The notes under the pieces: generated by a model
What the model was told of the DNA's origin: nothing
Database searches by the model: none
Seen by the model: only the letters and a program-made list of their open reading frames with translations
Program-made: the position numbers and the translations under genes
Shown here: one piece after another, positions 16,473 to 25,800 of the stretch
Layout of the letters: the number at the start of each line of letters is the position of its first letter
Numbering within the stretch: the first letter of the stretch is position 1
Source of the DNA: a virus
Direction: 5' to 3' (one strand)
IMG/VR virus record: IMGVR_UViG_3300045988_128825
Location: 1-45,316 of that record
Length of the DNA stretch: 45,316 bases

Positions 16473-17116
16473 TGGGCGTAGCAGCAACAATAGGTGCCAC
16501 TCTATTAGGTGGCTTTATTACTGGTAGAGCACAGCAGCAGCAATATAACGCTGCTGCCCAGCAAGCTGAGGTAAATGCACAGATAGCTGATCAAAACGCA
16601 GATAAGCTGCAGGCACAGGCTGAAGAGCAATCCAAGTCAAATACCATTAACGAGGAAAATAAACGCCGTCGTATGAACGCTATGCTTAGCCAGCAAAGAG
16701 CCAATATAGGTGCGTCTGGTATAGCAGCTTCCGGCAGTGCGGCCAGTGCTTTAGCTGACAGTGCATACAATATGGAAACAGAGCTTGCTATCGAACGCTA
16801 TAACTCAAGGCAAGGCGTTGAGAATATTTTTCAGCAGTCTACCGACCTTGTTAATCAACGTGATATCTATAATCAAAATGCACGCAATTACCGTAAAGCC
16901 GGTAAGCGTGCACTTATGAATAATATGCTTATGAGTGGGTTATCCCTTGCAGGTAGTTTATACAGTCCTAAGAGCGCAGGAAAGCAAGGTGCTTCCTCCA
17001 GTTCTTCAACTCCTAGTGTAACAACAGGTGCTACATATCAATTCAACAGTAGTGGAACTGGCTATAGACAAGGCAATTACAGTTATTTCCCGATGAAGCC
17101 GAAAACTTACTTCTAA
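16472..17116 (+). CDS. Internal virion protein B (gp14-like, putative)
   Basis: 214 aa; hydrophobic N-terminus, Q/A-rich coiled region, GASGIAASGSAASALADSAY; gene order. Confidence 0.5.
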   Translation: MGVAATIGATLLGGFITGRAQQQQYNAAAQQAEVNAQIADQNADKLQAQAEEQSKSNTINEENKRRRMNAMLSQQRANIGASGIAASGSAASALADSAYNMETELAIERYNSRQGVENIFQQSTDLVNQRDIYNQNARNYRKAGKRALMNNMLMSGLSLAGSLYSPKSAGKQGASSSSSTPSVTTGATYQFNSSGTGYRQGNYSYFPMKPKTYF

Positions 17117-17145
17117 AGTGAGTTGATGAAGAGAACATAGTTAAG

Positions 17146-17207
17146 TAATACGGACTGTACTTGTATTAATACGGACTGTGCTTGCATTAGGACGGAATGT
17201 ATTATAT
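17146..17207. repeat. Tandem 21-nt repeats TAATACGGACTGT(A/G)CTTG(T/C)AT x2 plus a degenerate third; related TTACGGACTGA at 17408
   Basis: 17146-17166 and 17167-17187 differ at 2 positions; 17188-17207 TAGGACGGAATGTATTATAT. Confidence 0.85.
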
Positions 17208-17210
17208 AAT
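17182..17210 (+). promoter_or_regulatory. Sigma70-like promoter TTGCAT-17-TATAAT (candidate antitoxin sRNA promoter)
   Basis: -35 17182-17187, -10 17205-17210; points toward the small minus-strand ORF. Confidence 0.5.
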
Positions 17211-17312
17211 AAACGAAAAGAGATAGTTTAACGTGTGGTAGCGTTAGCTCATCTCGTAACAAGAATGTGATTGAAAACGAGCCCGCGACCTTACGTTGGG
17301 CTTATTTTCTTG

Positions 17313-17390
17313 CTATTTTACGGCAAGAATAATGGTAGCCACGAGAATACCAAACGCTATCATTAGGGATAATGCTTGATATATGCTCAT
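17313..17390 (-). CDS. 25-aa hydrophobic peptide of the putative holin-like toxin (Hol-Tox) type I toxin type
   Basis: MSIYQALSLMIAFGILVATIILAVK; SD GGTGGTGA 4 nt upstream; own promoter; not in ORF track (too short). Confidence 0.65.
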   Translation of the reverse strand: MSIYQALSLMIAFGILVATIILAVK

Positions 17391-17451
17391 AGGATCACCA
17401 CCAATCAGTTACGGACTGATAAGCCAACATAGTTAAACTATCTCGGACAAC

Positions 17452-17480
17452 ATTATAACACACCTTTAAGCGCTTAACAA
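17452..17480 (-). promoter_or_regulatory. Near-consensus promoter for the toxin-like ORF (TTGTTA-17-TGtTATAAT on minus strand)
   Basis: Reverse complement of 17452-17480 gives TTGTTAagcgcttaaaggtgTGtTATAAT. Confidence 0.6.
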
Positions 17481-17498
17481 TTTGTTAAAGCGCTTTTT
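17468..17498 (+). terminator. Palindromic hairpin + T5 just upstream of the 758-aa gene (terminator and/or operator)
   Basis: AAGCGCTTAACAA / TTGTTAAAGCGCTT (13 bp, one bulge) followed by TTTTT; overlaps the minus-strand -35. Confidence 0.5.
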
Positions 17499-17522
17499 CT
17501 ATACCCAAAAGGAGGCTAGAAT

Positions 17523-19799
17523 ATGGCAATCGACATTTTCCAAGTAGGGGCGCAGTTAGGAGCGCCGGCAAGTAAAGTATCTAATGTTCGCTATGATAAC
17601 AGTGGGCAGCAGGCTGTTGCAAGAGAATCATCCCAGACCGGTAGAATTATTCAGGCCGGTGTTGAGCAGGTAAGAGAGCAGATCATAAGAACCGACGTTC
17701 TGCAGGCTAATAATGAGTATGTAAAACGTACTAACGATCTAAGAATGCAGTTGATGCAGAAAAAAGAAAAAGGTGCTCTTGACATTGTCGGTGAGTATGA
17801 AGCTGGTGAAAGAAAGATACGCAGCGAACTTATGGCTCAAAGTCCTCAAAGCGTAAAGTACGGCAAAGGTGCTATGTTATTTGATTACAGCACCCAGCAA
17901 ACTGATAATGCTAATCGCAGAGTTTTGGGGCAATACAGAGCGCAGCAGTTTGAAGCCTGGCAGAATACTACTTTTGCTAATTCTATAAATAGTTCTGTTC
18001 AAAAGGCTGTTTTATCTCCTAATGACCCTGCAGTTATAGCCGATGTACAAAAAGAAATTGATTACGCCATAAATTCCAGATATGGAACATATGGAAGAGA
18101 AAGGCTTGATTTAGAGTATAGAAAATGGACTGGAGTATTAGGTCAGGCGTTGATAGACAGAAGTTATGCTAATGGCGATATAAATACGGCCGAAGCTTAT
18201 GTTGAAAAATATGGTCCTTATATGGATCCGGGCGTAACGAGTGCCTATGCTAAAAATGTTTATGCTCGTAAACAAGAAGAACGGCAGTTTAACATGGGAC
18301 AGAACCTTTATGCTACTTTTGGTGAGGATGAAGGCGCTGCACGTGATTATATCTTTGGCGATAATTTTTCTAATGAAATAGATACAAATGCAATTTTAAA
18401 AGCAGCCAATGGTGATATAGGTAAGAATTTTGGTGAAAATCAGTGTACTGTAGGCGTTAATCGCTGGTTGAAAGCAGGCGGGGCTAAAGAAGGAAATACG
18501 TGGGCACCAACCAATATGGAAGATGCAAAGAAAAATGGAGTGTTTTTTACCCAACGGAATCAGCTTCGAAATGGTGACATTGTTTATTGGGACTGGGAAG
18601 GTAATGATGACAGTGATCATGTTGGTATTTATGAAAAATCTACAGGGAAAGTTATTCAAGCTGGTTCGCACGGAACAGCGAAACTTGATTTAGATCATTA
18701 TAAAGTTTTAGGGTTTGCTCATCCTATAAGTGCTGCTCCTACATTAGAAGATAAGCAGAAGGCCTGGAACAATTATGTGCAACAGGTAAATATTAATAAA
18801 TCCATTAAAGCTAATCAGCAAAATATGATCATAAAAAATATAGAACAAAGATTATGGGACAATTTTAAAACAGGTATTATTGATTCGCAGGATATGAGAA
18901 ATATGGTTTTTAGTGCTTCTGGTGGAGATGCGGATGTAGAACGGACGCTATTAAAATTCGGTGATGATTTAATAGGCATTCAGACAAAAGCTGCCGCTGC
19001 AGTATCTAATAGTGGCATTTATAAATCAATCAAGGATGCAATTACGAATAGCACTGTAACACCAGCCGAAGCAGTATCATTAATCAACCAAAACGCAACA
19101 GTCTTGGGTGAAGCAGATAGAAGCAGGTTATTGGCTTTTGCTAGAAATCAAGATCCAAGAAATAAGGATGTTGATAAACGTTTAGCTATTATAATTGATG
19201 AAACTATTGATGATAAAGTGGAACGCGGAGATTTGCAGGCTTTTCTGGATAATGCATTGCAAGATATTACTGACCCTGATGCAAGATTTGCGACAGGGAA
19301 CGAAGTTCTAAAAGAGGCGTTTAAAAATCGTGCTATTTATAAAAGTTTTAACAGTAAGCAACTTGAATGGGGCTCTTTAAAGAGTAGCCTTTCACCTAAT
19401 CTTTCCCCTTATATAGATATTTATCAAAAACGTAACGGCAATAATATTGATTTGGGAAGTGCAAAAACATTTTTTGGAGCTATAAACCCTAATGATTTAT
19501 ATCAAGTATCGGCATTGAAAAAAGTTACAGAAGAAAATAGGCCTATGGATATCCAGGAGCTCAATAAGCAGATTGCTGCTATAGCTTTGAGCAATGGTGT
19601 AGATGCAGCTCCGCATTTACTGGAGATGCCACAGCAGAATGAAACCGCAGTACAGCAAAATGAAAGTGCTCCCTGGTTCAGTGATTGGGGAGCCAGTGAG
19701 CGTACTGGTTTAGCGGCAATGAATTTCAGTGATGCTATTGAATCTATCAAACAACGTCACTTAGCGGCATTAAGAGGAGAAATTAACGAGGAGTGGTAA
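17523..19799 (+). CDS. Internal virion protein C (gp15-like) carrying a CHAP/NlpC-P60-type peptidoglycan hydrolase domain
   Basis: 758 aa; ENQCTVGVNRWL (Cys ~308) and NGDIVYWDW...SDHVGIY (His ~366) fit the CHAP Cys-His pattern; gene order. Confidence 0.65.
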   Translation: MAIDIFQVGAQLGAPASKVSNVRYDNSGQQAVARESSQTGRIIQAGVEQVREQIIRTDVLQANNEYVKRTNDLRMQLMQKKEKGALDIVGEYEAGERKIRSELMAQSPQSVKYGKGAMLFDYSTQQTDNANRRVLGQYRAQQFEAWQNTTFANSINSSVQKAVLSPNDPAVIADVQKEIDYAINSRYGTYGRERLDLEYRKWTGVLGQALIDRSYANGDINTAEAYVEKYGPYMDPGVTSAYAKNVYARKQEERQFNMGQNLYATFGEDEGAARDYIFGDNFSNEIDTNAILKAANGDIGKNFGENQCTVGVNRWLKAGGAKEGNTWAPTNMEDAKKNGVFFTQRNQLRNGDIVYWDWEGNDDSDHVGIYEKSTGKVIQAGSHGTAKLDLDHYKVLGFAHPISAAPTLEDKQKAWNNYVQQVNINKSIKANQQNMIIKNIEQRLWDNFKTGIIDSQDMRNMVFSASGGDADVERTLLKFGDDLIGIQTKAAAAVSNSGIYKSIKDAITNSTVTPAEAVSLINQNATVLGEADRSRLLAFARNQDPRNKDVDKRLAIIIDETIDDKVERGDLQAFLDNALQDITDPDARFATGNEVLKEAFKNRAIYKSFNSKQLEWGSLKSSLSPNLSPYIDIYQKRNGNNIDLGSAKTFFGAINPNDLYQVSALKKVTEENRPMDIQELNKQIAAIALSNGVDAAPHLLEMPQQNETAVQQNESAPWFSDWGASERTGLAAMNFSDAIESIKQRHLAALRGEINEEW

Positions 19800-19800
19800 T

Positions 19801-22800
19801 ATGGCAAGGTCTGTATTGTACGATGTAGCAGCGGCAGGAAAGTTTATACCAGACGATTTAAAGACTAAAGCATTACAAGGAGCTAATGCAAATAATATAT
19901 CGCTTCAAATGGCAGCTCGTAATCCTGATTATTATTTACCTAAAAACTTTGATTATGACTGGAATAAATATGAGAAGATCGCACCAAGAACAGCAGAGGC
20001 GTTAAAAGACCCTGTGCTTATGAGCGTTGCCGGTACTAAAGCTGCAGAATTTTGGGGCGAGCAAGAAAATAACTGGAAAAGTATTACAGCGCTGAAAAAT
20101 GGTTTTAAGAATGTTGCTCGCAGCGGTTATGGTGCAGTTGCACTGCTTGCTGATTTGGGTGCAGATAAAAAAGATGTTGACTTGACAACGGAATCCAAGG
20201 TTTTTAGCGCAGATACAATAGGACGGCTTTTGTATGCTGTCGGTGGAGATAAGCTAAAAACTATTGGTACTGAAGCTAAACGCATTGGTGGCAGTGAAAT
20301 ATTTAAGCCGGAAGAAGTAAAGGCTGAAACTGCGGCAGGCCAGTTTTATTATGACTTACTGCAGAATGCACCACAATTAGCGGCACAGGTCGGCGTTGCA
20401 ATCAGTACAGGCGGCTGGAGTGCTGCTGCTTTTATGGGCAGTCAGATTGCAGGCGGCCAATATTTAGATCTTACTGAAGCTGGGGTATCTAATGACAGAG
20501 CCAGAGCTGCGGCGTCTTTAAACGCTGTTGCACAGTCTGCTCTTGAAAAAGTGGGCTTGGGCAAAGTCATGGGAGCAGGAGCAAGAGCCGCTAAAATCGC
20601 AACTATGGGCGGTAAGGCCAAAGAAGTTTTTAAAACTGCATTGACAGAAGGCATTACTGAATGGATTCAGGAATACCCGGATGCTGCTGCTGAAATATGG
20701 GCTAAAAATGCGAATCTTTCCACTCAAGAGCAAATACTTAAATTTTATCAGGAATTTGGAGAAATCACTAAAAGAGGCGCTTATTCCGGTGCTATTGGTG
20801 CGGTGTTTGGTGGTCTTGGAGGTTCGGTAAGCATTGCCGTAGACCGTAATGCAAATAGAGTTATGCAGGAGCAGGCTGTACGTACTGCGGAAACGATGAA
20901 AAACAGTAAGGACGTAGATATTACCGCCAGCAAACTAGTACTGAACCAAACGACAGAAGAAAAGGCTTATGTAGATGCTGAAACCCTTTTTACATATGCG
21001 CAGGCAAATCCTAATCTGGATGTAAAAGATACCTTTGGTATAGAGGTTTCTGAACTGCAGGCTGCTGCTGTTCGTGGTGAGGATATTGAAATGCCAATGG
21101 GTACGTATTGTGCGGCAGAGGCTCAAAATCCTGGCTTTTTCCAGGCTGTAAGCAATAACGTAGCTTTTGAACAGGGCGGTTATACAGAAGAACGCGCCAG
21201 AAATAAAAAAGCTCTCCAAAGCGCTTATAAAAAAGCGTTGGAGAACGACGAGGAATTTAGAACTGCAGTTGATACTTTTAGAAATGAATTGACCGAAGCG
21301 GGACTAAATCAAAAGGAAACAGGTGACGTCCTGGCTATTTTAACCAGCCGTGCTATGATTGCTAATCCTGATGACCCTATGCAGTATTTCAGAGATAACC
21401 CTTTAAGCTTCAAACGAGTTGTCAGCACTCCTAATGGGCGATATATGCAAACTAAAAGCGCTAACGAAAAATTGCTTGAGGATGAAAATAACTTTTCTGG
21501 TATCGTAGATGAATATAAAGCCGGTACGTTGAACGAAACGAAACCATATAAGGTAATAACTACGCCGCTTGCGATAAACCTTGCAGGCGGTAAAATTTTG
21601 CCTGTAACTATTGACGGTGGCAGGATCAACCATATTTTTGAAAAACACTTTGATGGTATGACACCGGACCTTTTGAAACAATTACCAAGGGCATTTGCTG
21701 ATCCTATAATGGTATTAGATTCTTATTCAGGGCGGAAGGTGGTAGTGCTGGATTTGAAAGATGCGCAAGGCTCTACTATCATTGTTCCACTTGATCTTGA
21801 TGTAAGCCGTGACCGTTATAAAGTAAATGCCATTAACAGCGCTTATGGTAAAGGCGGTGCTAATGGCACAAATTATAATTGGTTTATTGAGCATAATATC
21901 AAAAAAGGCAGAGTTGCATATGTAAATAAAGAAAAAACCGCCAAGTGGTTACAGTCTGATAGCAGCGATTCCGCTATCAAAGGCACCGACCTTGACGGTT
22001 TTCTTAATAATAGTATACCAGATGAAAATGCACTCCGCAAGAGACGAGAAGAAATGCAGGGATACTACCAGACAGCTTTTCACGGAAGCCCACATAAATT
22101 TAATAAGTTTAATTTAGAAAATATCGGAACAGGTGAAGGTGCTCAGTCTCACGGCTGGGGACTGTATTTTGCTAAAGATCGTAGTGTAGCAGGGAATAGA
22201 TATAGATTTATAGGAAAAGCAGCTGATAATTCTGTAACTTTTGGTGACAGGCCGATTATGGAATTATATGATTCCTTAGAACGTCAGGCCGGTACTATTT
22301 CAGATAATGCTGAAGCCCAGAAATATTATGATAAGATGGCACTGATTGAAGATATAGAATATAAGGGATCGACTGTTGATATTAACGAAGAAAATTTTTC
22401 TCCTGCAGCGGTAAAATGGTTTAAGAGAGAAATTAAACCACGGTTAAGAATAAAAGGATCGCTTATCGAAGTAGACATCCCAGAGAATAATGTTTTGCTG
22501 GATGAACAAAAAACACTTGCCAAACAGGATGAGAATGTAAAAAATCTGCTTAAAAATTTTTATAAATCATTAAGAAGCGAACAAAGAAGTGCAGTAAAAG
22601 AACAATTAAAACAGTCAGTGCGAAAAAATGAAACCAGCGAGGAATATTCAGAAAAAATTAATAAAACGAGAAAGATAGATTCAACTTTATCAAGATTAAA
22701 TAAAATTCTTAAGCCGTTGCCAGATACAGCACCAAAATTTATACAAAGAGCAAAAGAGTTGTCAATGTCGGAATTAAAAGGAGAAGGATATGATATTGGA

Positions 22801-25800
22801 CGACTGAAAACAGATCAACAATATTATGATAGTATCGTAAATTCTCTCCAAGCAGAACAAAAAGAATTACAAGCGGCTATTGCGGCAGAAGAACAGACTA
22901 TTCAAGAGGCCTATAATAAAGAGTTAGAAACTATAGAGAAATCTAGAGGAGCAGGTCTTTTTAACAGTAATGCTATTACAGGAGATAATTTTTATGCAGC
23001 ATTATCAGAAGTTTTGGGTGGAGCGAAAGAAGCATCGATTGCTTTAAATAAGGCAGGAATTAAAGGCATTACTTATTACGGTGATCTTGATGGGCGTGCT
23101 TTTGTAGTATTTGATGATAAATCCATAAAGATTCTTAACAAGTATAATCAAAAAGTTAATAACGATAAGAAAGGTTCTATCACCTGGGACGAAGAAGGTA
23201 AAGCAATTATCAGCCTGTTTGAAGGTGCTGATATGAGCACTGTTATTCATGAAGCTGTCGGACATTACTTTATTGAGAATCTCATACGTGAAGGGGCACT
23301 CCCTAATGCTACAGAGCAGATGAAAAAAGACCGTCAGACTATGCTTGATTATGCAGGTGTAACTAAAGACTGGGATAGCTTGTCGCAGGAAGAAAAAACA
23401 GCAGCACATGAACGCTGGGCAGAGGCCGCAGAAACTTATATGCTTGAAGGCAAGGCGCCCTCAAAAGAGCTGCAGCCGGTATTTAACAGGTTCAAAAAAT
23501 GGCTGCTTGCTGTTTATAACGCCGTTTTTTCGGATAAGCGCAGTAAAAATGCTGTTCCAATCAACGATGAAGTAAGGCAGGTTTTTGACAGGATGCTGGC
23601 AAGTGAAGAGCAAATATCAGAAATGGAGCGTATCGACGGTTATTTTTCTGCTTTGCCAGATGTTGTATTAGATGCACTTTCAGAACCACGTAAGCAAATG
23701 CTGCGTAATTTTGCTGCTAAAGCTCACGATAAGGCAGTACAGTTATTAACAAAAGAAAGCCTTGTTAATTTCAATCAGGAGCGTAAAGACCGAATTCAAA
23801 AATATCGTGAAGATGTAGAGCCGCAGGTTAAAGAAGCGATTGCAAAACAGCCGTTATATATGGCTTCGGAGCAGATACTTGATATTGCATCTGATTTAAA
23901 AACGGCTAAGGGCATAGCTAACAGATATTTAGAAGGTAATTTTGATGAAAGTAAAATGGCAACTTTTGATATGATAGCTGAAGCTAATGGTTTTACTTCC
24001 GGTGACGAGCTGGCTAAAACGATTATGTCAGAACCATCTTTTAATGGTGCGGTTAACAGACATATTGATGAAATGGTGCAAGACGCCTTCCCTGATATTT
24101 ACAAAGAGAGAGGGCTTGCTGAAGAAGCTGCACGTGATGCTATGTATAATGACGAGAGCGGTCTTTTGATAAATACAGAAGCACAGCTTATTGAGGATAA
24201 AGCACAAGGTTTGTTGAAGGGTCAGCGTGATGCTGAAACTCTTAGAAAACTTGCTGTTGCACGCAAGCAAACAGCTAAAATCCAGGCACAGATGGACCTG
24301 CAGAATAGAGTAAAATTAAAGGAGGCGTTGAATACCCAAAAGTATATTACTGCAGAAAGAAACGCTGCGGCTAAAGCTGCTGTGGCATTGGAAAATGATG
24401 ATTATTCTGCTGCGGTCCGATATAAAAACGTCCAGGCGTTTAATCATGCTTGTGTAGTTGAAAGCGTAAGACTGCGTAATCAGTATGCTAAGTGGCAGAA
24501 TTATTTCAGGAAGCAGGCTAAAGCTAAAAGGGAAACGTGGGGTAATGAAAGAAACTTTATTCAAGCAGCAGCAATTATGGAAAGGTTCGGTTATAAGCGT
24601 AAAGATTATTCTGATTTTGAAAAGACAGAAACTTTATCAGACTATCTGAATGATATGGATGATCTTTATGACAATGTTGCAGTTGCTGATTGGATAATGG
24701 ATGAGAATGTTAGCATTACAAATCCTCGTGAACGTATGACGGCAAGCCAGCTTGAAGATATAGTAAATGCGCTTAAAAATATCAAAGCGATCGCTAAACA
24801 GGAAATGAGTATCAATGCTTTACAGAAAGGTGCTACCTATGCTGAATTTAAAGCTGAAGCACAGGAAACACTTAATAAGCTGAAAACTATCTGGAAACCG
24901 CAGGTTGGCGTTGCACAGCAGCCTACAGTAATGGAGAAGCTAAAAGCATCTTTACGCAGTACGGACAATCTTTTTGAAATGATGGATGACTGGCAGTATG
25001 GATTTTTCAGCAAACATTTTGGCGCAGCTATTCGAGAAGCGGCCGATAATGAAACAAGAAAAATTTTAGAATATGAGGAAAAAACAGCGCAGGCTTACAG
25101 GGAATGGCTGCCGGATAAAGCTGCAGAAAAGGCGGCCGATTATCAGGAAAAATATGACGAGCTAGGGACTTCTGTAGATAAGCACGTTTTATTAAAAATG
25201 CTTATGAATTTAGGCAACGAGAGCAGTGCCAGAGTATTGTGCAGCACTAGACCGGTAGGCTTTGAAAGTTCTGCCTTGTGGGTAGATGGCGATATCGTAC
25301 AGACTAAAATCAATTTACTTGACTTCTTAGGGCGTAATCTTACTGAAGCGGATATAAAATATGCACAGGCTAAGATAGACATTGCAGAGATGTACTGGTC
25401 TGAAATGGAAGCTCTTGAAACTCGTTGGACAGGGTTTAGTCCTAAGAAAGTAGAAGCGTCGCCTGTAGAGCTGACGTTATCAGACGGCAAGACTGTTGTT
25501 ATGCGTGGCGGTTATTTCCCGCTGATGCGTGACGGTGATACTGGTTCTAAACACGCTGGGCAAGAAGTTATTTCTGATACTGACCCCAGACAAGGACGCA
25601 ATATTAGAACAATGAGCACTAGACGAGGCCATTTAAAAGAACGTGTTAAGGCTAAATATCCTGTTAATCTAAAACGTGGAGCAGAGTTTAATGTTGCTAT
25701 GGATGCGATACATGATCTGTGTTTCCGTGAGGTTATGGGCGATTTCCGCAAAATTATGAACGATCAGGAAATGTATACTCTGATTAAAGAAAAATTAGGC

